Below are positions 19,725 to 28,590 of a stretch of 32,000 nucleotides of DNA, piece by piece. Source of the stretch: Wolbachia endosymbiont strain TRS of Brugia malayi (GTDB lineage: Bacteria > Pseudomonadota > Alphaproteobacteria > Rickettsiales > Anaplasmataceae). The translations under genes were made by a program, and so were the position numbers. The notes beneath the pieces are model-generated. The model had not been told where the DNA came from. It made no database searches and saw only the letters and a program-made list of their open reading frames with translations. Location: contig NC_006833.1 of NCBI RefSeq assembly GCF_000008385.1, positions 330,001 to 362,000 of the forward strand, in the 5' to 3' direction. Position 1 is the stretch's first letter, and each line of letters opens with the position of its first letter.

Positions 19725-20237
19725 TTAGGTATAAAGCTTAATATATTTTCTTTTTGCTAGGTAAAATAAATGTGCTGCTATAAATAAGCAGATGCTTAAT
19801 ATTGATGCGTAGGAAAATTTAAGAGTTAAGTCTCTGATATATATTAATAGACACTTATCTGCAGAAAATTTGTATAATAGCCCAAAATACGTAACGGTAC
19901 TATCAATTACTGATACTGTAATTAAGGTGATGAAATTTGTTATATGGAACCCGAACTTGGATTTCAATTTTTCAAAAATGATTATACTTGAGAAGAGGGA
20001 TACTAAAATTGCAATGTATGAAATGAATATCATCAAGCTAAAATTTTGCCATTTAAGAACACAACATAACACTGTATACGTTATTAGGCTGTACATAGCT
20101 TTTCTCTTACCATAAAACTCAACTATTGAATTTACAACTAAAGCAGCTCCTATGACTAAGGCAGCACATATTATCAATTTATTTGAACTGTTGAGTAAAG
20201 AAAGAATAATAAACAAAAGAATTGATAAAATAAACAT
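19725..20237 (-). CDS. polytopic inner-membrane protein, possibly VUT/YhhQ (DUF165, queuosine-precursor transporter) family
   Basis: 170 aa with about 5 hydrophobic helices. The segment ITNFITLITVSVIDSTVTYFGLLYKF resembles the conserved STxVSQxIDTxxF block of YhhQ-type transporters. The protein is shorter than typical members, so the assignment is tentative. Confidence 0.4.
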   Translation of the reverse strand: MFILSILLFIILSLLNSSNKLIICAALVIGAALVVNSIVEFYGKRKAMYSLITYTVLCCVLKWQNFSLMIFISYIAILVSLFSSIIIFEKLKSKFGFHITNFITLITVSVIDSTVTYFGLLYKFSADKCLLIYIRDLTLKFSYASILSICLFIAAHLFYLAKRKYIKLYT

Positions 20238-20301
20238 AATTACCTACCCAAATGTAACAATATACATTTATTCTAAGTAAATATTACACATAGTGAAAGA
20301 A

Positions 20302-23300
20302 TTATTTATCATAATCAAAAATATTTATATTAGTATACCATGATCTTAAGTCTTTTAAATCTACTTTTAAGATATCCCTGATACTTAGAACTTTCTCCTC
20401 TGTTACTCTACCAATACATGAATAAACTGTACCTTTTAACAATTCTTCAAACCTCTTCTGGTTTTGTGGTGCGATGGTAACTAAAATTCTACTTTGTGAT
20501 TCAGAAAACATTATTATTTTGTTTATTGTATCTGTGTTTTGTGTTTTCCCTACTGGCACTAATGGAAAATCAATTTCGGCACCGAGATCTCCTGCAATTA
20601 GCGATTTTACTAAAGCAATAGCCAGCCCTCCCAGGTTTAGTGCAATTGCGGAAGCAACGATGCTTTCTTTTATTGCCTGGTTGAAACACTTGTATAACTT
20701 TCTGGCGTTCTTTGCATCAACTTTTGGTACATTGTTATTGTCTATTCCACTATATAATTGATATTCAGATCTACCAAGCTCATCATGGGTTATACCAAGC
20801 ATATATATCAAGTCCCCTGGCATTTTCACGTCAAGCGATACTGCATTTTCAATATTTTCTATAATCCCAATTGCTGAGATGAGTAATGAAGGTGGTGCAG
20901 AGATTATCACTTTCTTGCCATTTTCATCATATCCCTTAAAGTCATTAAACATACTATCTTTTCCTGATATGAATGGTGTTTTAAATGCGATTGCATAATC
21001 ATAGCAAGCTTCTGCAGCTCTCTTTAGTTGCCACAGCCTTTCTGGATTGTAAGCATCACACCAGCAAAAATTGTCGAGCAACGCTAGATGTTCTATATTT
21101 CCTCCTGCAGCTACATAATTACGTATAGCAGTGTCAATTGCACATGCTGCCATATGATAAGTGTCGATTTCTCCATAACTTGAGCCAAATCCTTGAGATT
21201 TCACAACGCCTTTATTTGAAGAAAGAATTGGCCTTAAGACAACAGCTTCGCTGCACACTCTTCCCTTGCCCTGCAATGGTTTCAACACTGACGACCCTTG
21301 AACTTCATGGTCATATTGCACCACTATAAACTCTTTGCTGCATATGTTTGGTCTGCTCAGCATTTCTTTTAGTTCGACTTCTTGGCTTAGTGTTATTCCA
21401 GCACGTGACGCTAAGGTAGCAGTAGTCTCCTTAAACCATGGTTTTGTTTTTAAGTGCATCTTAGGGTTACCATCATGCAAAAACTCAGTTTCGATATTCA
21501 TTATTGGTGAGGCAGAGTGGATTCGAACTGTCGACATACCTGTACTATTGAACTCTCCGATTACGCTGACCTCCACGTCATGTTTTTTCATGATTTGCTT
21601 AAACATAGGCAGATTTTCTTCTGGCACTGCTAAGGTCATTCTCTCTTGTGATTCTGATATCCATATTTCCCATGGAGCCATACCATCACTTTTGAGTAGA
21701 ACCTTGCTTAAATCAACCTCAAATCCATCCTTTCCCATTTCACCAATGGACGATGATAGGCCACCTGCTCCGTTGTCTGTTATTGCATTGTAAAGACCGA
21801 GGTCTCTTGCTTCTATGACGGCATTGGATAATTTTTTTTGTGTTATGGGATCTCCGATTTGCACGACTGTTGAGGGGCTGTTTCCTGATAATGCCTCTGA
21901 AGAAAACGTTGCACCATGAATTCCATCTCTTCCAACTCTTCCACCAATAATTACAATTTTATCGCCATTTTGGGGCTTTTTGATGTGTGAAGGTGCGTTG
22001 TTTATATTGCGTGGGATAATTCCTACACTTCCAACAAAGACTAATGGCTTTCCACAAAATCTGTTATCGAAGTATACCGATCCAAGTTGTGTTGGAATGC
22101 CAGAGCAATTACCAGCAACATTAACGCCGTGAATCACTTCTTTCATGATATATTTTGGTAGTAAAATCTCATCAGTACGCTCCTTGTCCCTATAAAATTT
22201 ACCTTTTGCTTCTTTGGCAAAGCAAAAATAGTAGGTATTCATTATAGGCTCCGCACCTTTGCCAAAACCCACTATATCACGATTAACTCCAAGCACTCCA
22301 GTCATTGCTCCACCAAATGGATCAAGAGCTGAAGGGCTATTGTGAGTTTCAACTTTATCTACAATCAAGTAATCGTCATCAAAGATTATTCCTCCTGCAT
22401 TATCAGAGAAGACTGACATGCATATGTTGGAGTTTATCTCACGCGTTGCACGCTTAATATAATGCGCATATAAGCCGTCTTTTATTTCATCAATGGGAGA
22501 GCAGAAAATGTTGTGCTTGCAGTGTTCAGACCAGGTCTGTGCTAGAGACTCAAGTTCAATATCGTATGGGTTTCTACCGAGTTTGTTGAAATAATCCTTT
22601 ATGGCTTTCATTGCTGTGAGAGAAAGTCCTAAGGTGCCATTACCATCGATTCCATCTCTACTGATTTTTTCAAGCTCTTGATCACTTACATTGAGGTCAA
22701 TAGGCTTAGCTACGACTTCCGTGCAAAGTGCTTTAGTATGTGAATCTTGTAATTTACAGATAGTTGGTATAGAGGATAGTGTCATTCCAGTGCTTGACAC
22801 TGAAATCCAGTTTTCATTATACAATTGCTTGGTTGCAGTTAAGTTTTCTGGATCCCAATGTCTGGGCACTGGGATGATATCTTTTAATTTACCATAATGC
22901 CTACAATAGCAATTGCCGTTTTCTTTATAAATAAGTGTGCAATACTCAGTGATTGGGTTGAATTCTATGTTGTCTTCAGTTGGCAAATTTCCTTGCCCTA
23001 GAATCAATTTTGAACTTCTTGCTTTTATCTCAATTGATATCATTCCAGCGTTTGACGCTGGAATCTGCGCCCTCCCTTTCTGGATCCCAGTGCTTGATAC
23101 TGGGATGACAGATGGGTCGACATAGCCCTTACTTATTAGGTACTCTCTAACAATTTGCCTTGCTGTGTTACCGATATTATCGGTCATGCCAGGTAAGAAG
23201 CTTACTTCTAAGCCCCACTCAGCTTGTGGTTCTATGAAATCATATCGAATTTCTTCGAAGTTTTTACTGTAGGAGTAATAACGGCAGTCTTGTATGGTTT

Positions 23301-23439
23301 CATTATAAAATAGCTTACAAATTTCTTTATATAGTTTTGATGGTAATTCTTTACTTATGTAGATCGAATAAACGTTGACTAACCATCTGTTACCAACTTG
23401 TTCGCATTTATTTAAAACTTCTATTCTGATGTTTGTCAT
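20302..23439 (-). CDS. purL: phosphoribosylformylglycinamidine (FGAM) synthase, PurL synthetase subunit with fused PurS-like N-terminal domain and repeat-derived linker
   Basis: 1045-aa ORF. The PurL core runs from about aa 245: ELESLAQTWSEHCKHNIF, VETHNSPSALDPFGGAMTGVLGVNRD, GNCSGIPT, GGRVGRDGIHGATFSS, VQIGDPITQKKL, ITDNGAGGLSSSIGEM, SESQERM, and a second AIR-synthase-like repeat (DTAIRNYVAAGG, ISGKDSM, SESQSR). The N-terminal ~105 aa contain LEVSFLPGMTDNIGNTARQIVREYL, which is PurS-like. There is no glutaminase domain. Confidence 0.93.
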   Translation of the reverse strand: MTNIRIEVLNKCEQVGNRWLVNVYSIYISKELPSKLYKEICKLFYNETIQDCRYYSYSKNFEEIRYDFIEPQAEWGLEVSFLPGMTDNIGNTARQIVREYLISKGYVDPSVIPVSSTGIQKGRAQIPASNAGMISIEIKARSSKLILGQGNLPTEDNIEFNPITEYCTLIYKENGNCYCRHYGKLKDIIPVPRHWDPENLTATKQLYNENWISVSSTGMTLSSIPTICKLQDSHTKALCTEVVAKPIDLNVSDQELEKISRDGIDGNGTLGLSLTAMKAIKDYFNKLGRNPYDIELESLAQTWSEHCKHNIFCSPIDEIKDGLYAHYIKRATREINSNICMSVFSDNAGGIIFDDDYLIVDKVETHNSPSALDPFGGAMTGVLGVNRDIVGFGKGAEPIMNTYYFCFAKEAKGKFYRDKERTDEILLPKYIMKEVIHGVNVAGNCSGIPTQLGSVYFDNRFCGKPLVFVGSVGIIPRNINNAPSHIKKPQNGDKIVIIGGRVGRDGIHGATFSSEALSGNSPSTVVQIGDPITQKKLSNAVIEARDLGLYNAITDNGAGGLSSSIGEMGKDGFEVDLSKVLLKSDGMAPWEIWISESQERMTLAVPEENLPMFKQIMKKHDVEVSVIGEFNSTGMSTVRIHSASPIMNIETEFLHDGNPKMHLKTKPWFKETTATLASRAGITLSQEVELKEMLSRPNICSKEFIVVQYDHEVQGSSVLKPLQGKGRVCSEAVVLRPILSSNKGVVKSQGFGSSYGEIDTYHMAACAIDTAIRNYVAAGGNIEHLALLDNFCWCDAYNPERLWQLKRAAEACYDYAIAFKTPFISGKDSMFNDFKGYDENGKKVIISAPPSLLISAIGIIENIENAVSLDVKMPGDLIYMLGITHDELGRSEYQLYSGIDNNNVPKVDAKNARKLYKCFNQAIKESIVASAIALNLGGLAIALVKSLIAGDLGAEIDFPLVPVGKTQNTDTINKIIMFSESQSRILVTIAPQNQKRFEELLKGTVYSCIGRVTEEKVLSIRDILKVDLKDLRSWYTNINIFDYDK
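22781..22877. repeat. palindromic repeat element inserted in frame in purL (element 2 of the protein, aa ~188-222)
   Basis: Arm 1 is gtcattccagtgcttgacactgaaatccag (22781-22810). Arm 2 is ctggatcccaatgtctgggcactgggatga (22848-22877), which is its imperfect reverse complement. The element is translated within PurL as IIPVPRHWDPENLTATKQLYNENWISVSSTGMTLS. Confidence 0.75.
23040..23109. repeat. palindromic repeat element inserted in frame in purL (element 1 of the protein, aa ~110-135)
   Basis: The two arms are tcattccagcgtttgacgctggaatc (23040-23065) and tggatcccagtgcttgatactgggatgac (23081-23109). Each arm is itself a hairpin. The element is translated as SVIPVSSTGIQKGRAQIPASNAGMIS. Confidence 0.75.
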
Positions 23440-23524
23440 ATAATGTTAAAAGATTTTAACGTATAATAACATAAGAAATTGTGAGCACATTTATATTTTG
23501 CTATACAATAAAGCATCGTGTTAA

Positions 23525-26203
23525 TTGCTATCTTTCGTGGGAAGAATTTTTACTGTTAGTGTGGATGAATCCTTTTTCGATACGCTGGTCCAGCACATAT
23601 TTTTTGAATATGAGAAAGAAAAAATTTCCAAGATAAAAATAATACTTCCTTGCAGAAGCGATGTGATAGCAATGCTGAGTGCGTTCAAGAATTATGATTC
23701 TAAAAAATGTATAATTTTGCCAGAGATAGTTTCACTAGAGAATATTGATGAGAAAGATTTAATATTAAATCTTGATAGGATTAAATTTATCAAACCAACA
23801 AAAAGGATACTACTATTGATTCAATTCATATTGGAATGGAATAAAAAAAATAACGACTATTTTCCCATAGATTTAGCTTATAGCTTGCCATCCTTGCTTG
23901 ATAAGGTTCAATGTATTCAAATAACGGATGATTATCAACTCAATGACCATTCAAAGAAAATGGAGAATTTCATAAACTTGCTTGTTGAAGCTTGGAGTAA
24001 AACTTTAAAAAATCTAGGAGTAATGGATATATTAAAATATAAGAGTGACTATATAAACAATATGGTAATCTCTTTGCAGGAAGATCAACATATAATCTTT
24101 GTTGGAATTGGAAAGGGTGAAATCTATAAGTTATTGATTAAGGCTATATATGAATTGCCGTTTGGGAAGATAATTTTGCCTAATCTTAATTTGAAAATTA
24201 AAGAGAAAGATTGGAAATCGCTTGATAAAAGACACTATCAATACTGCCTAAAAAATCTGCTGGATTATTTAAGTGTAAGCAGAGAGGATATAAGTTTCCT
24301 ACCAGAAGCACTCCCTCCAGCACATGGTGCTAGAATCTGTGACCAGAGGACTGGGATGACTGCAGAATATCTGGATTACATCTTTGATACCACCGCTGAC
24401 CTAAGCAAGGTTAGTAATGGGTACATCGAAAATATTGAAGTTATCACTTGTGATTCTAGGGAAGAAGAATCACAAGTGATGTCATTAATTATAGAGAATG
24501 AAGGTTATGAAAACGTTTCTTTAGTTGTCTTTGATAAATTGCTTGCAGCTCGCATAACATGTTCCGCATCAGAAAATTACCCTTATGTAACGCTCTTGCT
24601 CTATAGTATCGAAGTTTTGACTTCGAATTGGAACAGTGTAGCATTGCTTTCGCTCCTTAAGCATAGGCTAGTGACTTTTGGTTACGCTCAAGAAGAGTAC
24701 AGTAAAATTTTATCTGAGTTTGAAATAGAAATATTACGTAGCTTTAATACAAGCGGCCTTGATGACATTGTAAAAGTTATTAATATCCATAAAAAGTTAA
24801 GATATAAAGAAGATATATTAATCATTATCAATAAGTTAGAAACTATACTTAATCCTTTACTCAATTCTACGAATTGTCCTATTTCTGATGTAGTAACAGC
24901 TCATTTGCGGTGTGTTAGTATACTCTCTAGTGTGGATTTTTTAGAATTGAGTAATGAAATGGGTAATTTTACCCATGATTTCTTAAATGCGTGTGAGGGC
25001 GTTGCAATTGAATGCTCCTTGGAGTTATATAGCCAGATTCTGACCTTATTTTTAAGAAAAGAGTTTTTTCTTGCAGTAAGTGACTTAAGTAAATTTAGTT
25101 TATATCACAATAAAGTTGTAATACTTGCTGGATTCAATGATATACCGAGTTTTCAAAGTCCATTTTTGAATGCACTGACAAGAAAAAGATTCAGTCTTCC
25201 TTCCGTGCGAGAGGAGCAGGGGTATTTTTTGTATAATTTACGCAATTTGTTTTGTGCGAGTAAAGTTTATATTATAAACTTGCTGAGCAATAGAAAGACG
25301 ATTCTATTGCGTCGTCTGGAAATTCTATTACAGAAGTCAAAATATCCTTATCGCGATTGGCTAAGAGTATTAAATATGCCTGAATATGTTACTCCGTGTA
25401 TTCAACCTATGCCGAAACCTCAAACTAAAATCAGAGAAGAAAAAATGCAAGTGATGCCTTGTAGTGCGGTAGAGAAACTGATCCGCGATCCTTACTCATT
25501 TTACATTGAATATGTACTAAACCTTAAGCAATTAAAAGACTTAAATTTCAAGCCGTCGATATTAGAATTTGGCAATATGGTGCACAGCATTCTTGAGAGG
25601 TATTTACGTAACAGAAAATCGCCAATGAGCATTGCACAGGAGGTGTTCTCAACTAGTCGGTTTAATTTTTCAAATATGTGGTGGGTAAGGCTGCAAGGGA
25701 TAATTCAATCTTTTGTTGAATTTGATAAGGCTAGAAGCAATCGTGTTGAGTTGGAGAAGAGCTTTTCCTATCGCGTTCCTGTGCATAATGTTAAAGCTAC
25801 TTGGAAGCTGCAAGAAGTTTCTCTGACAGCAAGATGCGATAGAGTTGAGTATCTGCCAAATGGACAAGCGGTAATTATAGACTATAAGCTTGGTTCGCCG
25901 CCATCCAATGAGGAAGTTATGTCAGGATTTTTTCCGCAATTAATTTTACAAGCTTTAGCGGTGGAATACACAACCGGAAAAGAAGTTTCAGAACTTGCTT
26001 ATTGGAAACTTGACTATGATAAAATAAAAGTTATTTCTCTAAAAAATTACAGACAGAAAGTACAGGAATTTCAGAGTGATTTACCGGATTTTTTATCTAA
26101 TTATTTAAAAAATACTACTCCTTTTATTGCATCTCCATATTTTGATAAATTCCTAAGGTTTAACAGCTATAAACAACTAGAAAGGATAGGAGAGTGGTTA
26201 TAA
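23525..26203 (+). CDS. addB: double-strand break repair protein AddB-like (alphaproteobacterial type), C-terminal PD-(D/E)xK nuclease
   Basis: 892-aa ORF with a TTG start; an alternative GTG is at 23537. The C-terminal RecB-family nuclease blocks are LIRDPYSFYIEYVL, FGNMVHSILERY, LTARCDRVEYLPNGQAVIIDYKLG and FPQLILQALA. The N-terminal two thirds are poorly conserved and helicase-like without a Walker A, as in alphaproteobacterial AddB. No addA is adjacent. Confidence 0.7.
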   Translation: MLSFVGRIFTVSVDESFFDTLVQHIFFEYEKEKISKIKIILPCRSDVIAMLSAFKNYDSKKCIILPEIVSLENIDEKDLILNLDRIKFIKPTKRILLLIQFILEWNKKNNDYFPIDLAYSLPSLLDKVQCIQITDDYQLNDHSKKMENFINLLVEAWSKTLKNLGVMDILKYKSDYINNMVISLQEDQHIIFVGIGKGEIYKLLIKAIYELPFGKIILPNLNLKIKEKDWKSLDKRHYQYCLKNLLDYLSVSREDISFLPEALPPAHGARICDQRTGMTAEYLDYIFDTTADLSKVSNGYIENIEVITCDSREEESQVMSLIIENEGYENVSLVVFDKLLAARITCSASENYPYVTLLLYSIEVLTSNWNSVALLSLLKHRLVTFGYAQEEYSKILSEFEIEILRSFNTSGLDDIVKVINIHKKLRYKEDILIIINKLETILNPLLNSTNCPISDVVTAHLRCVSILSSVDFLELSNEMGNFTHDFLNACEGVAIECSLELYSQILTLFLRKEFFLAVSDLSKFSLYHNKVVILAGFNDIPSFQSPFLNALTRKRFSLPSVREEQGYFLYNLRNLFCASKVYIINLLSNRKTILLRRLEILLQKSKYPYRDWLRVLNMPEYVTPCIQPMPKPQTKIREEKMQVMPCSAVEKLIRDPYSFYIEYVLNLKQLKDLNFKPSILEFGNMVHSILERYLRNRKSPMSIAQEVFSTSRFNFSNMWWVRLQGIIQSFVEFDKARSNRVELEKSFSYRVPVHNVKATWKLQEVSLTARCDRVEYLPNGQAVIIDYKLGSPPSNEEVMSGFFPQLILQALAVEYTTGKEVSELAYWKLDYDKIKVISLKNYRQKVQEFQSDLPDFLSNYLKNTTPFIASPYFDKFLRFNSYKQLERIGEWL
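24317..24360. repeat. degenerate palindromic repeat unit in frame inside the addB-like gene
   Basis: The sequence ccagcacatggtgctagaatctgtgaccagaggactgggatgac aligns with ccagcgtttgacgctggaatctgcgcc...ctgggatgac of the purL element at 23044-23109. It is translated as PPAHGARICDQRTGMT. Confidence 0.55.
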
Positions 26204-26227
26204 AGTTCTCAATGCCCCTTGTCCCAA

Positions 26228-26870
26228 ATTTCTTATCAAATAGCTGGCACTGGTTTGCCCTACAATGGTGTCATGTAAATCTGGTATGACAACAACTGCT
26301 CTCCCTCGTCATACCGCGATTCATTTGCGGTATCTCTAGATTCCGCTAACAAGCAGCTGTTGTCAGTAAATTTTCAGCTACAAATATTTAAGAAATCCAC
26401 CAAGTAAGAAAAAGACAAAAGAAGCCCTAGTTAATATCTATTTAAAAACACTAGCGTTTTTTTATGTTTTAAATACTTAGTAATCGCGACTTAGTTGTTT
26501 TTTATTGCAACTAACCTTTAGTCATAAATGTTTTAGAAATTTACTAGGCAAAAAAAAGGCAAAAGATATATTATGGTGATAGTATTTACTCTCTAATCCT
26601 GCAAATTAGTATATTATACTGTCCTAAACGCTTTATAAGCGAGTTTCAACTTATATAGGTAAAAAATTAGAAATATTGTGAAGACATAAGGTACATATAG
26701 TGCAAAAAATTAAACATAAGATGCTAACTATATAACACTTTATTATTTTAATCTGCACAGATTGAAGGTAACTTAATACCTCCAGTATCGGGATAAGGGG
26801 GCTAGCGAGGTTTGTCAAGTAGTTTTTTGTGTTTCTGTGAGCTACTTGAATTTCTAAAATCACAATATTC
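26228..26870 (-). repeat. copy B of the diverged non-coding inverted-repeat pair (partner 18012..18815)
   Basis: The reverse complement is collinear with copy A (anchors listed there). It contains a palindromic unit at 26267-26290 (ggtgtcatgtaaatctggtatgac) and the hairpin at 26311-26333. The only ORF in it (26651..26872, minus strand) is low-complexity and not conserved in copy A. Confidence 0.75.
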
Positions 26871-27010
26871 ATACAGATGTGGGCTAAGTATCACTAAAAT
26901 TATTTAAACAATTGTTTAAAGAATTACAAAAATCTAGAAGCTCAGAACATTACTCCTTGTCATTTGTAGAGTACTACATTAATATTTATATGTTAATTCA
27001 GAAGATATTT

Positions 27011-28318
27011 ATGAATAATATTGTAATTGTTGGTCTACAATGGGGCGATGAAGGCAAAGGTAAAATAGTAGATTATCTTTCCGAAAATGCGGACACAGTC
27101 GTAAGATTCCAGGGAGGAAATAATGCAGGACATACTATAGTAGTAGATGATGAGGTTTATAAGTTAAATTTGCTACCTTCCGCTGTTTTAAGGACAGGCA
27201 AAATATCTATAATAGGAAACGGCGTTGCCCTTGATCCATATGCTCTAATTTCAGAAATAGAGTCATTGAGAGTTAAAGGAATGGATATCAATCCTAACAA
27301 TTTGATGGTATCGGAAAGCTGCCCATTAATACTCAGCGTGCACAAGGAAAAAGAAAAGCTGTTTGAAGATCTAAATGGAAATCACAAAATTGGCACGACA
27401 AACAAAGGAATAGGGCCATGTTATGAAGATAAAGTTGGAAGAAGGGCTATACGCCTTTGTGACTTAGAAAACGCAGATGAGCTCAACAAAAGGTTAGATA
27501 CTCTTTTGAATTACCATAATGCTATCAGGAAAGGCCTAAGCTATCGAGTGATAAAGAAAGAAGAAATGTTAAGGGAAATTGAAGAGATTGCAGAAAAGAT
27601 CATTCCATATAGAAAACCAGTGTGGAAAATATTGAATGACTTTGTGAAAGAAGGTAAGAAAATAATATTTGAAGGCGCCCAAGGGACATTTTTAGACATT
27701 GACCATGGAACGTACCCTTTCGTTACTTCAAGTAATACCATAGCATCACAAGTAATGACAGGCTCAGGATTATCCTCCAATGCTTATGTTATTGGTGTAG
27801 CAAAAGCTTACACAACAAGAGTAGGCAATGGCCCATTCCCTACTGAGCAAAGAAATGAAGTAGGAAATAGCTTATTCACTATAGGCAAGGAGCTTGGAAC
27901 AGTAAGCAATAGAAAAAGACGCTGTGGGTGGTTTGATGCAGTTTTAGTACGCCAGGCAGTACAACTCTCTGGAGTTTCAAGTATTATATTAACTAAATTA
28001 GATGTCCTCGATTCTTTTGATAAAATTAAAATATGTACTGGTTATCAGTACAGTGGAAAAATATATGATTATTTACCCGCATCACGTTCAATACAAGAAG
28101 AATTAGAGCCAATATATGAAGAATTTCCTGGCTGGAAAGAAAATACTCAGGGTGAAAAGTTAGCTGAGAAGTTACCTGTTAACTTGATAAAATATGTAAA
28201 AAGAGTAGAAGAATTAATAGGTATACCGATTCATCTGATTTCGGCCGGTCCAAAAAGAGAGGATGTCATTAAACTTAAAGATTTTAAATTTTCTGAGAGC
28301 GTTCTTGTATCTTATTGA
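27011..28318 (+). CDS. purA: adenylosuccinate synthetase
   Basis: From ATG 27011 the protein reads MNNIVIVGLQWGDEGKGKIVDYLSENADTVVRFQGGNNAGHTIV, the canonical PurA N-terminus. Further motifs are GTTNKGIGPCYEDK, FEGAQGTFLDIDHGTYPFVTSSN, RRCGWFD and TKLDVLD. The ORF track opens earlier at TTG 26912, but those 33 codons are AT-rich leader next to repeat copy B. Confidence 0.96.
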   Translation: MNNIVIVGLQWGDEGKGKIVDYLSENADTVVRFQGGNNAGHTIVVDDEVYKLNLLPSAVLRTGKISIIGNGVALDPYALISEIESLRVKGMDINPNNLMVSESCPLILSVHKEKEKLFEDLNGNHKIGTTNKGIGPCYEDKVGRRAIRLCDLENADELNKRLDTLLNYHNAIRKGLSYRVIKKEEMLREIEEIAEKIIPYRKPVWKILNDFVKEGKKIIFEGAQGTFLDIDHGTYPFVTSSNTIASQVMTGSGLSSNAYVIGVAKAYTTRVGNGPFPTEQRNEVGNSLFTIGKELGTVSNRKRRCGWFDAVLVRQAVQLSGVSSIILTKLDVLDSFDKIKICTGYQYSGKIYDYLPASRSIQEELEPIYEEFPGWKENTQGEKLAEKLPVNLIKYVKRVEELIGIPIHLISAGPKREDVIKLKDFKFSESVLVSY

Positions 28319-28590
28319 CTGTTACCTAATAAAAAACACTTAATTTACAAAAAGACACTCGCATAACTTTAAATGTGAGTTTATTACACAAAACGGCATT
28401 GTATTATGAATGTATGGTAAGGATAAATTCAGCGTATAATGAAAAGCAAAGAAGTTAAATTCAAGTCCAACACTTGCAGTTATTTTCAATACTTCATCAT
28501 CAAAGTTAGTGTAAAGCAAGGCTTTAATAGCTTGGTTGTTTTTAAAGGGGAAACATATTGTTAGAGTAATGTATAGATAGGAAGTGTGAT

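Noticed and set aside
21515-21535. The sequence gtggattcgaactgtcgac looked like a tRNA T-arm (GGTTCGAA-like).
   Set aside because: It lies inside the purL CDS, with no acceptor, D or anticodon arm pairing in the flanks. No other tRNA-like sequence was seen in the intergenic regions.
20474-23125. Plus-strand ORFs inside purL (20474..20761, 21138..21329, 21335..21793 at 152 aa, 22691..22897, 22937..23125).
   Set aside because: They lie entirely antisense to a strongly supported 1045-aa purL CDS and have low-complexity, motif-free translations. They are typical shadow ORFs.
2769-26333. The dispersed palindromic repeats were considered as a possible CRISPR array.
   Set aside because: The copies are irregularly spaced (tens of bp to kilobases apart) and variable in sequence. 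They occur in both orientations and inside genes. There is no repeat-spacer periodicity and no cas genes.
26912-27010. The 33-codon N-terminal extension of purA starting at TTG 26912.
   Set aside because: The conserved PurA N-terminus (MNNIVIVGLQWGDEGKGK) starts at ATG 27011. The extension is AT-rich and begins about 40 bp after repeat copy B.
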